Shown here piece after piece: positions 40,612 through 49,940 of a stretch of 64,000 nt of DNA. Made by a program: the position numbers and the translations under genes. The DNA comes from an uncultured bacterium (GTDB lineage Bacteria > Armatimonadota > UBA5829): positions 10,672 through 74,671 of the forward strand of contig CAZFYZ010000001.1 in assembly GCA_964523735.1 (NCBI GenBank), in the 5' to 3' direction. Under the pieces are notes generated by a model. It ran no database searches, had not been told where the DNA came from, and saw only the letters and a program-made list of their open reading frames with translations. Numbering within the stretch: position 1 is the first letter of the stretch; every line of letters starts with the position of its first letter.

Positions 40612-43600
40612 TCAGTTCTGTATTCGCTGAGCTATGCTGTCTCTTACTGATTCGAGCTTGGTTACGTCCTTAGAGTATACCTTCCAGTCTGTCGCCATCT
40701 GCTGGACGTAGGCGAGTGTAGCCGTGCGGCCTATCTTCTGCTCGAGCAGCCAGAAGTACTTGTAGTCATCGAGGCTGTCTCGGAAGACCTCAAGCCTTAC
40801 TGAGCTTACTGGCCCCGCGGTGCCCGTATGGATCTTGCCTGGGTAGAGCAGCGAGCCCTCGCCATACAGCCGGCCGTCGATGCCTTTGCCGGTGCAGGCA
40901 TCGGTCCAAGGGTCTGACACGTCTCTCCAGAAGTTCGAGTGCCAGTAGAGCCAGCCAGTTGCCTGGTGCAGATAGCACTGCCAGGCGATGATTCGGTGCG
41001 ACATCGCCGGGTCCTGCAGGAAGAAGTTCGGAGAGATGCCGTCTGGGTTGGTGCAGATATAGGTCCATATCCTGTCCCCCGCGGCACGACGGACCGCCAG
41101 TCGATCGGCCTCGAACGCATCACCCAGGATGGGGCACCAGATACGCGCGTAGCCTGCAAGGATATCGGTGATGTGCTGGGGCGCGGCCCAGGGCGGGTTG
41201 GCGACGTAGTATGTGCACATTGTCCGTACGGTCGGATCTATGCTGTGGTAGTAGTTGGCCTTGCTCTTGTAGAGGTCGTAGTTGTCTTTGGTGTAGATCT
41301 CGTCCGCGCAGTCAACGTAAGCCTTGTCCCAGACACCGCAGGCCTTGACCTGATCAAAGTACGACTTCTGAACGGACGCGGTCGGGTGGTATGGGATGCA
41401 GATGGTGGTCCGGCGAGGGTCCTTTAGATAGGCTGCTGTCTCGGCGGAGTTGAAGTCCCCACCGGGCACACTCGACGTCGAGATGCCTCTCGCCAGCAGG
41501 AACTCATAGTACTGCTTTCCGAGTTCAGTGCAGGCTGCAGTGCCGTAGGTGACGCCCTCCTTGGGGGCCATATAGTAGTTGTCGTAGTCGAACAGCGTCT
41601 GCAGCTTAGACTCATCCGGCAGCGTGAAGTTGTAGACACGCAGAGTGTACTTGACGTCTGTGGTGACGCCGTTCGACGAGGTGATCGTGACCGTGCCGTT
41701 GTAGAGGCCGGCCGGCGTTGTCCTGGGCACGTAGACATCCACCCACACCGGCTGCGTCTGGCCCGGCTGCAGGTCGAATGGAGCCTTGTATGCCGGAAGC
41801 GGGTCCGTCACATCGCGTGAGTAGCTCGGCAGCCAGATGTAGTAGGGCAGATAGAGGCTGACATTGGAGGCGGAGATCGTTCCCGCCGTGCCGGTCAGGT
41901 TGCTCTTGGTAAGGGTGACTCCCTTGACGGCCTGTTTGTCTCCCCTGAGGACGATCTGGAAAGCCTCGTGCTCATTCCTCGCCGCATTGACGGCGCGGGT
42001 CTGCATCGGCTGGACTGGGTCTGTCTTCGCCACTTTGGCTGCTGATGATTGCGTCCACGCGAAGTATGAGACTCGACCCTTCTGATCGAGCGCTTGCATT
42101 CCCTTGGCTGCTGATTCCAGCCGAAGGACAGGCGCTTTCGAGCCGCCGGATCCCAGTTCTGCTCCGACACAACCGGTGACGGTGCAGGGTCCACTGGTCT
42201 GCGTGAAGTCGTGGCAGTAGACCTTCAGGGTCTGCTTTGAGCCGTCGTTGAGGTAGAACGTGCCCGTGCTGGGGCTGGCGTTGACGATCGTGCCCGCGAG
42301 CCGAACGAGTAGGCCAGTCATCGCCAGGCCACTCCAAAGCGACTTGATCGTGGTGCTTAGAGGCCTCGGCGTTGTGACTGACTGGGATAAAGCCTCTTCG
42401 CTGGGTGTGATTGTCCTTTCGCCATTCAAGGTGTTGAGTGTCCCCTTGACCGTCAGCGATTGCCCCTCGGCGGCGGCAGTCTGTCCGGTCACCCAGATTC
42501 CCGAGCTGCGATCCGATTCTTGCAGATAATACCCCTTTACGAGCGGCTTGCCTGACGAGTCGCGCTCAATAACCAACTGCGTGCGGGTCTTGCCAGTCAT
42601 CTGCACCGCCGCGCCGTTGGGAAGAGACGCGAGGCTGCTGATCCTGGTTACCCCGATCGGACCAGAGCTATCCACGTCGAGCACTGCGACCCCGTGCAAG
42701 GCCCAACCGGGCCAGATGCTAGGATCGGTCGAGAGACCTGCGGGATCGTAGGGACCTCCGGCTGAGGGCGGCTTGTAGCACTGCAGCGGGTCCGAGGAGC
42801 TTCTGACAAAGAGAATCTCGGCAGCCCCGTCACCGTCGATGTCGCCGTAGACGCTACTGCCCAGGTTCGTAAGCCAACTCCAGGCTGTGCCATCGACTGG
42901 CGTGTAGCTCCAGTTCTGATCGGCGGCGCAGATCGTGCCGGTGGTGCTCGAGAGGAAGATGGCTCGCCTTTGAGGGCTCCCGGAAATGATGTTTCCCGAG
43001 CCCAACAGGACAGCCCCGCCGAAAGGCGACTGGTGATCAGTCCCTGTCACGTAGTCGCGCCAGAAGATCGCGGAGGAGTCCCGCGCCCACAGGAGATTGC
43101 CTTTGAAACCCTGTCCGGTGAGGTCGACGGCGTAAGCTCTTTCCATCCAGCCGATGTCCGTAAGTCCGGCTCCACTGGGTAGGAGAGCGCCGGATGTGCC
43201 GGCTGCTTGACTCTTGAAGATGATAATCCCTGGCGAGCCCGAGGCGCTGGTACGCAGGACGGTTAATGGGATCGAATCCCCAGGGACACCGGGGATCGCG
43301 TGGTCGTTCTGCGCAAGATATGTCCCATCCGCGGGTATACGGTAGTAGCCCAAGCCGCCCGTGAGGCTGTTGTGGTAGACAATGTCGTCTTGCAGTCCGT
43401 CGCCATCGACGTCGCCGACGACTGCGTCCGCCATCTTTTCGGTTCCCGTCAACGTCATGCTCGCACCGGACGCCGGGACATAGAGTTGATAAGGCCCTCC
43501 AGGCGCCGGTCTGAAGACGACGGCAGTCTGCACGGCGCCAAGGCAATTGCAGGCGGACACAAAGATGAGAGAAACAATGAGTGCAATGGAGAGAGAGAAT

Positions 43601-43659
43601 CCGCGGAGCTCAGTCCGGGTTGCGCCGCCGCGGAAAGCACAGGTTGCCGAGGACGTCAT
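40612..43659 (-). CDS. Large secreted protein (1015 aa) with N-terminal FG-GAP/VCBS-like repeats and a C-terminal glycoside-hydrolase-like domain (DUF4091/GH123-like)
   Basis: A signal peptide is present. Repeated DxDGDG motifs occur (VGDVDGDGLQDDIVYHN and YGDIDGDGAAEILFV). The C-terminal region ...WTYICTNPDGISPNFFLQDPAMSHRIIAWQCYLHQATGWLYWHSNFW... resembles the DUF4091 GH-like family. The domain family call is tentative. Confidence 0.55.
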   Translation of the reverse strand: MTSSATCAFRGGATRTELRGFSLSIALIVSLIFVSACNCLGAVQTAVVFRPAPGGPYQLYVPASGASMTLTGTEKMADAVVGDVDGDGLQDDIVYHNSLTGGLGYYRIPADGTYLAQNDHAIPGVPGDSIPLTVLRTSASGSPGIIIFKSQAAGTSGALLPSGAGLTDIGWMERAYAVDLTGQGFKGNLLWARDSSAIFWRDYVTGTDHQSPFGGAVLLGSGNIISGSPQRRAIFLSSTTGTICAADQNWSYTPVDGTAWSWLTNLGSSVYGDIDGDGAAEILFVRSSSDPLQCYKPPSAGGPYDPAGLSTDPSIWPGWALHGVAVLDVDSSGPIGVTRISSLASLPNGAAVQMTGKTRTQLVIERDSSGKPLVKGYYLQESDRSSGIWVTGQTAAAEGQSLTVKGTLNTLNGERTITPSEEALSQSVTTPRPLSTTIKSLWSGLAMTGLLVRLAGTIVNASPSTGTFYLNDGSKQTLKVYCHDFTQTSGPCTVTGCVGAELGSGGSKAPVLRLESAAKGMQALDQKGRVSYFAWTQSSAAKVAKTDPVQPMQTRAVNAARNEHEAFQIVLRGDKQAVKGVTLTKSNLTGTAGTISASNVSLYLPYYIWLPSYSRDVTDPLPAYKAPFDLQPGQTQPVWVDVYVPRTTPAGLYNGTVTITSSNGVTTDVKYTLRVYNFTLPDESKLQTLFDYDNYYMAPKEGVTYGTAACTELGKQYYEFLLARGISTSSVPGGDFNSAETAAYLKDPRRTTICIPYHPTASVQKSYFDQVKACGVWDKAYVDCADEIYTKDNYDLYKSKANYYHSIDPTVRTMCTYYVANPPWAAPQHITDILAGYARIWCPILGDAFEADRLAVRRAAGDRIWTYICTNPDGISPNFFLQDPAMSHRIIAWQCYLHQATGWLYWHSNFWRDVSDPWTDACTGKGIDGRLYGEGSLLYPGKIHTGTAGPVSSVRLEVFRDSLDDYKYFWLLEQKIGRTATLAYVQQMATDWKVYSKDVTKLESVRDSIAQRIQN

Positions 43660-43704
43660 TGTTCCGACGTCTCCTTTCGGTTGCGGTGGTACTACTAGCC
43701 CGCA

Positions 43705-43765
43705 CTATTCACGAGCAGCGTGAATAGTGCTCAGCTAGCCGTAGCTTATTCGCGTGGCGAATAAT
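43705..43765. promoter_or_regulatory. Two operator-like palindromes in the divergent promoter region: CTATTCAC-(7)-GTGAATAG (43705-43727) and TTATTCGC-gtg-GCGAATAA (43747-43765)
   Basis: Read directly from the sequence. They lie in the AT-richer 248-bp gap between the large secreted protein gene (minus) and wzx (plus). The half-sites share TATTC(A/G)C. Confidence 0.45.
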
Positions 43766-43907
43766 GCAGGCTAGAGGAACTAACTCTGCACCTAGACTAG
43801 CACAGCGGTTAGGATTGCGCAATAGATGTGTAAGACAGGACGATAGCTCGACAGTACATCACAGACAAGCATGCATTGTGTTATATGGAAGTGGCTAGTC
43901 GACAAAT

Positions 43908-45320
43908 GTGGGTATGATAGCCTCAGTCGGGACCCCGGCGCCGGATGACTTAACCCAGCAGGAAGAAAGGGCGAGCTCACGCACGTTGGACACCCACAGC
44001 ACAGCGACAGACAGCCACACGAGCAACCCTGAGCCCGCCGGGCTCCAGAGCCTCAGCTTGCGCAGCAACTTTGCCTGGACGCTAATGGGCAATGTCATCT
44101 ACTCTGCGTGCCAGTGGGGGATGCTTGTCGCGTTGGCGAGGTTCGGCACTCCAGCAACGCTTGGGCGCTTTGCCCTTGTGTTTGCGATATCAGCCCCCAT
44201 ATTCATGTTCACGAATCTTCAGCTCAGGGCCGTTCAGGCGACGGACTCAAGACGAGTGAATGCCTTTGGCGACTATCTGGCTCTGCGCCTGCTCACGACA
44301 GGCGTCGCCTTCGCTGCTACCGCAGTGATAGCATTCGCGTCAGGCCTCTCAGCGGCTGTCTTGGCGGTGCTGGCGGCGGTGACTGTGGCAAAGGCTCTTG
44401 ATTCCATCAGCGACACCTTCTATGGCCTACTCCAGCAGCACGAGAGGATGGACAGGATCGCGATCTCGATGGCGGCTAAGGGCCTGCTTTCGCTAGCGGC
44501 CTTTGCACTTGCGCTGTGGTTGGCCAAAAGCCTGCTCTCCGCCACGATCGCGATGGCGGGCGCATGGGCAGTCGTGATGCTGAGCTATGATATACCCACC
44601 GGCCGGCTGATTCTCCACGCTCACTCGGCTCGCGTTGCCCCCCGCTGGTGTTGGAACGACATCTACAGGCTGGCAGTCCTGGCGCTCCCGTTAGGCTTTG
44701 TGATGATGCTCGTTTCGCTCAACACGAACATCCCGCGCTACGCGATCCAACGCTATCTCGGGGAGCACGATCTGGGTGTCTATGCAGCCGTCGCCGCTCT
44801 TCTAGTAGCCGGTTCCACGATAGTCAGCGCGCTAGGTCAGTCAGCGAGTCCTAGACTGGCGTCATACTATGCCAATGCAAGAAAGGCTGCGTTCCTGCGG
44901 CTTACCGCCAGGCTGATCGGGATCGGAGCGGCGCTGGGAATAGGCGGAGTCATTCTGGTGGGGTGCTTCGGCGGGCCGATCCTCGGGCTGATCTATGGTC
45001 CGGCCTATGCAATGCACATCTCGCTGTTCGTGTGGATCGCGATCGCGGCCGGGGTGTCTTACCTGCAGTCGTTTACGGGGTACGCCGTAACCTCGGCGCG
45101 CTGCTTCCGTGCTCAAGCTCCGCTGTTGGCAGTGGTGAGCTTTGTCACACTCGTTGCCTCATTTTGTCTGGTGCCGGTCTATGGGTTGGTCGGAGCTGCC
45201 GTGTCGCTTGCCATGGCCTCGATCGTCCACTTGGCCGGCAACAGTCTGCTTCTCTGGCAAGCCGTCCGTCGACTACCCGAGCCTAGTTTCCAGCCTGTGT
45301 CGGAGGTGGCCAATGGTTAG
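43908..45320 (+). CDS. wzx: Polysaccharide flippase, Wzx/MOP superfamily (oligosaccharide flippase family)
   Basis: The protein has about 12 predicted TM helices, including ...NFAWTLMGNVIYSACQWGMLVALARFGTPATLGRFALVFAISAPIFMFTNLQLRAVQATD. An alternative start is the Met at 44085. Confidence 0.7.
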   Translation: MGMIASVGTPAPDDLTQQEERASSRTLDTHSTATDSHTSNPEPAGLQSLSLRSNFAWTLMGNVIYSACQWGMLVALARFGTPATLGRFALVFAISAPIFMFTNLQLRAVQATDSRRVNAFGDYLALRLLTTGVAFAATAVIAFASGLSAAVLAVLAAVTVAKALDSISDTFYGLLQQHERMDRIAISMAAKGLLSLAAFALALWLAKSLLSATIAMAGAWAVVMLSYDIPTGRLILHAHSARVAPRWCWNDIYRLAVLALPLGFVMMLVSLNTNIPRYAIQRYLGEHDLGVYAAVAALLVAGSTIVSALGQSASPRLASYYANARKAAFLRLTARLIGIGAALGIGGVILVGCFGGPILGLIYGPAYAMHISLFVWIAIAAGVSYLQSFTGYAVTSARCFRAQAPLLAVVSFVTLVASFCLVPVYGLVGAAVSLAMASIVHLAGNSLLLWQAVRRLPEPSFQPVSEVANG

Positions 45321-46497
45321 TGGAACCCACGAGGTTGAGGCACCAGTCCTCGCCCCGTCTGCTGCTCGACCAATCCGCGTCCTTCACGTAGTCGGGCGGA
45401 TGCAGCGCGGCGGTGTCGAGACCTTGCTCATGCACACCATACGCCACATCGACCGCGAGCGCTGCCTGAATGACCTAGTCGTTCACTCGCCCGAACCCGG
45501 GGACTATGACGAGGAGTTCCGTGCGCTTGGCGGCAGGATCACTGTGTGCGCGGGTCCCGATCAGCCACTGCAGTACAGCCACAAGCTGGCGCGCATTCTT
45601 CGAGATCAGGGGCCGTATGACGTGGTCCACAGTCATGTGCACTACTTCAGCGGGTTCGTCCTCCGGATCGCGCGCAGGGCGGGTGTTCCGGTCAGGATCG
45701 CGCACAGCCATACTGTGGCGGGGCAGGATGAGTCTGCCAGTCTGACCAGGCGCACCTACGTCGCGGCAGCCAAGTGGCTGATCGCGGGCCATGCCACCGC
45801 CGGATTGGCAGCCAGCGAGGAGGCCGCCGAGGATCTCTTTGGCCCCTACTGGGAGAGCGATCCGCGGTTCGAGGTCTTCCGGTTCGGGATCGACCTGACG
45901 CCATTCCTGTGCGAGCCCGACAAATCGGCGATCAGGCGTGAACTGGGGATTTCGGGTGATGCGTTCGTCGTAGGCCACGTCGGGCGTTTCTGCCACGAGA
46001 AGAATCACACGTTCCTCCTGCAGATCGCCCACGAACTGCTGAGCCGCGACGCTTCCACCAGACTGCTCCTTGTAGGAGATGGTGACCTTAGAGCCGCCGT
46101 CGATTATGAGGTGAGGGCACAGGGGATCGCCGGCTCAGTGATCTTCACCGGCAGCAGAAGTGATGTGCCCAGGTTGCTCTCCGCGATGGACGTGTTCGTT
46201 CTGCCCTCGCGCATCGAGGGGCTGCCAGTCGCTGTTGTGGAAGCCGTGGCTGCCGGGTTGCCCTGCGTAGTCTCAGAAGCTGTACCGGAGAGCTGTCTGG
46301 AGGACGGTGTTGCAAGACTCTCACTCGCGCGTTCTGCGTCTGACTGGGCGGATGCGATTTGTCGGGCGAGGTCGAAGAGCGATGACTTCACCGGAGGGGC
46401 CCAGGCTTTGGTTGGAGGGCCTTTCGACATCAGGACGACTGTAGAACGATTGGAGGCTTTGTATGACAAGAGCCGCAGTTCCAACACTTCCGCGTAG
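45313..46497 (+). CDS. Glycosyltransferase family 1 (GT4-like)
   Basis: The ORF track gives 45142..46497. The likely start is the ATG at 45313, which overlaps the wzx stop (ATGGTTAG) and has GGAGG upstream. The GT-B C-terminal region ...FVLPSRIEGLPVAVVEAVAAGLPCVVSE carries the EX7E-like motif. Confidence 0.75.
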   Translation: MVSGTHEVEAPVLAPSAARPIRVLHVVGRMQRGGVETLLMHTIRHIDRERCLNDLVVHSPEPGDYDEEFRALGGRITVCAGPDQPLQYSHKLARILRDQGPYDVVHSHVHYFSGFVLRIARRAGVPVRIAHSHTVAGQDESASLTRRTYVAAAKWLIAGHATAGLAASEEAAEDLFGPYWESDPRFEVFRFGIDLTPFLCEPDKSAIRRELGISGDAFVVGHVGRFCHEKNHTFLLQIAHELLSRDASTRLLLVGDGDLRAAVDYEVRAQGIAGSVIFTGSRSDVPRLLSAMDVFVLPSRIEGLPVAVVEAVAAGLPCVVSEAVPESCLEDGVARLSLARSASDWADAICRARSKSDDFTGGAQALVGGPFDIRTTVERLEALYDKSRSSNTSA

Positions 46498-47833
46498 CAT
46501 TCCTGTAGAGCCTCAGCGATTGGTTGCGAGAGAGGCTGATACTGCCGGCACTGGCCTGGCGTTCTTCTCGCTGTGCCTGTATCTGCTCTCGCAGTGCTTC
46601 CAGATTCCTCTTGTCGCGGTTGGGCCTTCATGGGCGGTCTGGCCGGTGTTGTCGGACCTGGCCGCGGGGCTCATGCTGCTAAGCTTGCTCATATCGGGGC
46701 CGCGCCTCTGGATCAGGCACAGGGCCAACGACGGCATCTACAAGGCATTTGGGCTGGCCGTTGTGGCGCTGTGTGTCGCCTTCCTGCTGTCGAGTCTTCG
46801 CTCGGTTACCGGAGTGGGGGACTACGAACGCGGGACGAGCTTCGGCATCTTTCAGATCTACCGCCTGCTGGAGTTTCTGGTCGTGTTCCGGGTGGCGGCC
46901 GGCGTGCCACTGACCGCTCGGCGACTGGCGACTCTCTCGTGGATGGTGGGCCTGGCGCTCCTGTTGGCTTTCCTTGGGATGGTAGGAACATTCACCGGAG
47001 CCCTGCCGACGCCGCTGTTGGTGAGCCACCTGCCGTCTGACATCGGCTCAGCGGGTCCCTGGGTTTCGATGTCCAACGGCCAATGGTATGAGGCGGGCAC
47101 CATAGGTTACAACCACAGCTACGGCTCTGTGCAGCTGCTGATGCTGGGTGCCCTGGCACTGGCACTGCTGATCAAGAAGCGGACGCCTATCCTCGAGGCT
47201 GGTCTGCTGCTCATGACTATCGGGGGAGTCTTTATTACGGGAAGCAGGGCGGGGATGGCGGCGGCCATAGTCTTTGTCCTGGCGATGTTCGTGAGACGGC
47301 CTGCAAGCGCTGCGGCCAGCCTCGTCATCTTTCTTCTTCTGTTTTCCGTCAATGCGGGAATTCTGGATCTGGACCTTGGGGTGGGCGCCACTACCGAACG
47401 GCAGCTCACGCTCGGTCGCGCGCACGATCCGGAGAATCTCTCCGGCAGAGCCGAGATCTGGCAGGACTCGATCCAATTGCTCCAGGAGGACCCGCTGCGC
47501 TGGCTGGTCGGAGTTGGTCCCGGTTATATCGCGCAGTCCGGCAACAACGCCCATATGCTCTACCTGCATATCATCATCGAGGGCGGGATCATCGGCCTGC
47601 TGATATTCGCCTTCGCGATGCGTCGCATCCTCAAGTCCCTGTACGCTGCCGAGGTTGGCGAGAGACCGCTATTCTGGGCGAGCATCGCTCTGCTGGTGTC
47701 GTCGCTGACTCAGGAGACGCTCTATCCCGTCCCGGCCATGGGCCACTTCCTGGGGCTGTTTCTTTGCTCGGTCGCGATAGTCGTGTCGGCGGAGGCATCG
47801 CACAGATCACCATTCGAAAGGAAGACTGCCTGA
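46463..47833 (+). CDS. O-antigen ligase / Wzy-like polymerase family membrane protein
   Basis: The protein has about 10-12 TM helices. The Wzy_C-like region is ...LLMTIGGVFITGSRAGMAAAIVFVLAMF... with a large periplasmic loop. TGGAGG lies upstream of the ATG. Confidence 0.65.
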   Translation: MTRAAVPTLPRSIPVEPQRLVAREADTAGTGLAFFSLCLYLLSQCFQIPLVAVGPSWAVWPVLSDLAAGLMLLSLLISGPRLWIRHRANDGIYKAFGLAVVALCVAFLLSSLRSVTGVGDYERGTSFGIFQIYRLLEFLVVFRVAAGVPLTARRLATLSWMVGLALLLAFLGMVGTFTGALPTPLLVSHLPSDIGSAGPWVSMSNGQWYEAGTIGYNHSYGSVQLLMLGALALALLIKKRTPILEAGLLLMTIGGVFITGSRAGMAAAIVFVLAMFVRRPASAAASLVIFLLLFSVNAGILDLDLGVGATTERQLTLGRAHDPENLSGRAEIWQDSIQLLQEDPLRWLVGVGPGYIAQSGNNAHMLYLHIIIEGGIIGLLIFAFAMRRILKSLYAAEVGERPLFWASIALLVSSLTQETLYPVPAMGHFLGLFLCSVAIVVSAEASHRSPFERKTA

Positions 47834-48741
47834 TGCTGGTCTCGGTGGCCATATCTTTCCTGAATGCAGAGCATACGCTACTCGGCGCAATCCGCTCCGT
47901 GTTTGCGCAGACCTGCACGGATTGGGAGCTGATACTGCTTGACGACGGTTCGACCGACGGATCGCTCGGCATTGCCCGGTCGATCGAGGATGAGAGAGTG
48001 CGTGTTGTCTCAGATGGGCGCAACCTGGGGATCCCCGTCAGGCTGAACCAGACGGCGGCGCTTGCTCGCGGCAAGTATCTGGCGCGTATGGACTCCGACG
48101 ATATGATGCACCCAGAGCGCCTCGAGCGGCAGTTGGGCTATCTCGGGGCCAATCCGAAGCTGGACTTAATCGGCTCAGCCATCTACACGATCGACGGCGA
48201 CAGCAACCTGACCGGCATCCGGCACGATAGCCCGGTTGATACACGGCCTGCCAGTGTTCTGCGATCCGGCTTTATCAACCAGCCAACAGGCATTGCGCTT
48301 ACGGATTGGTGGCGGCGCAACCAGTACGACGAGACATTCCCCAAGGCCGAAGACCACGAGTTCTTCTGTCGCGCGGCCTGTACCTCCCGCCTGGCCAGAA
48401 TGCCGGAGCCCCTGCTCTACTATCGCGAGAAGCACAAGAGCCCGTGGGGCTATGTGAAGGAGTACAGGCGGCACGTTCGGTACTTCAGCAAGTGCCACCT
48501 GAGATACGGCCCCTCGGTCCTTGGTTGGCCGTCAACGGCCAAGGTTCTGCTTGAGTCCTGGAGCAAGCTTGCGATATACCACGTCGCGACAGCTTGTGGA
48601 GGACAGAAGCTGATCATATCACGGCGGCATGGCAGACAGCTGACGGCAGAGGAGAGATCACGGGCCGAGGCGGGTCTCAGCGTCGTGAGCAGCACACCTG
48701 TTCCTGGAGTATCTGCATCGGTGGAGGTGTCGTCCGTATGA
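47833..48741 (+). CDS. Glycosyltransferase family 2
   Basis: The ORF track gives 47764..48741. The likely start is the ATG at 47833, which overlaps the upstream stop (TGATG). The sequence MLVSVAISFLNAEHTLLGAIRSVFAQTCTDWELILLDDGSTDGS...YLARMDSDDMMHPERL shows the GT2 DxD/DD motifs. Confidence 0.8.
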   Translation: MLVSVAISFLNAEHTLLGAIRSVFAQTCTDWELILLDDGSTDGSLGIARSIEDERVRVVSDGRNLGIPVRLNQTAALARGKYLARMDSDDMMHPERLERQLGYLGANPKLDLIGSAIYTIDGDSNLTGIRHDSPVDTRPASVLRSGFINQPTGIALTDWWRRNQYDETFPKAEDHEFFCRAACTSRLARMPEPLLYYREKHKSPWGYVKEYRRHVRYFSKCHLRYGPSVLGWPSTAKVLLESWSKLAIYHVATACGGQKLIISRRHGRQLTAEERSRAEAGLSVVSSTPVPGVSASVEVSSV

Positions 48742-49940
48742 GGCTGGTGATCGATCTCGGCGGACGCTATGATCGCACGCCCGACGGCGCCGTCTGGGCG
48801 AAGAGCGGCTGCCTTTACGAATACTGGACACGCTACCTGCCGATCTACGATGAGGTACGCCTGGTTGCGAGAGCACGAGACGTTGATAACGTCGGCAGTG
48901 AGATGCATCGGGTGGATGGCGACAGGGTCACGTTCGAAGCTGTGCCCCACTTCCACGGCCCCTTCTCATACGTCACTCAAGTCACGCGAATTAGGGCGGC
49001 GGCCGAGCAGTCTGTCAGATGGGGCGACGCCGTCATATTGGCGGGCAGCCAACTGGCGCCTTTCATGGTCAAGAAACTATGGGCCGCCGGCTATCCCTAC
49101 GCCATGCGGGTAATCGGCGATCCCCATAATCTCTTTGCTCCTGGGGCCGTAACGCATCCGCTGCGGCCGGTGTTCCGCTGGTGGTTCACGCGACAGCTTC
49201 GGGAGTTGTGCCAGGGAGCGTGTTCGGCTATCTACGTGACCGAGCGTGCGCTTCAGCAGCGCTATCCGTGCCCAGGTCCTTGCGCGGGAGTGTCAGACGT
49301 TGATCTTCCGCTGTCTGCCTTTGCCGAGGCCCCGCGACCTGCACGCTCACCGTCGGGTCCGTTCGGGATAATCATGGTCGGCTCGTTGGCGGAGCGCTAC
49401 AAGGCGCCCCACATCCTGCTGGATGCAGTTGCATCGTGCATTCGCAGTGGCTCTGACTTCACGTTGACATTCGCCGGGGATGGCAGATGGCGACCTTATC
49501 TGGAGCGACAGGCAGACAGGCTCGGCATCGCTGATCGGGTCATATTCCTTGGGCAACTCGGAAACCACGAGGTTCGTGGCCACTTGGACCAGGCGGACTT
49601 ATTCGTTCTGGCGTCATTCCAGGAGGGGCTTCCACGGGCTGTTGTTGAGGCAATGGCGAGGGGACTGCCTTGCGTCGGCTCGAGTGTAGGCGGGACCCCC
49701 GAGCTGCTGCCTCCGGAGGATCTTGTGCCGCCCGGAGACAGGGCCGCACTCGCAAACAAGATCGCGCAGATCTCGCGGGATCCGCAGAGAATGGCACGGA
49801 TGTCGGCGCGCAATCTTGAACGTGCCTGGGACTTCAGAGAAAACGCACTTCAGGGTCAATGGATGGAGTTTTACGCTGATCTGAAGGAGAGAACGCAGTG
49901 GTGGCTGCAAAAGAACAAGCAACAAGACTGCTTCATGTGA
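48738..49940 (+). CDS. Glycosyltransferase family 1
   Basis: The ORF track gives 48594..49940. The likely start is the ATG at 48738, which overlaps the GT2 stop (ATGA). The region ...FVLASFQEGLPRAVVEAMARGLPCVGSSVGGTPELL carries the GT1 EX7E motif. Confidence 0.75.
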   Translation: MRLVIDLGGRYDRTPDGAVWAKSGCLYEYWTRYLPIYDEVRLVARARDVDNVGSEMHRVDGDRVTFEAVPHFHGPFSYVTQVTRIRAAAEQSVRWGDAVILAGSQLAPFMVKKLWAAGYPYAMRVIGDPHNLFAPGAVTHPLRPVFRWWFTRQLRELCQGACSAIYVTERALQQRYPCPGPCAGVSDVDLPLSAFAEAPRPARSPSGPFGIIMVGSLAERYKAPHILLDAVASCIRSGSDFTLTFAGDGRWRPYLERQADRLGIADRVIFLGQLGNHEVRGHLDQADLFVLASFQEGLPRAVVEAMARGLPCVGSSVGGTPELLPPEDLVPPGDRAALANKIAQISRDPQRMARMSARNLERAWDFRENALQGQWMEFYADLKERTQWWLQKNKQQDCFM

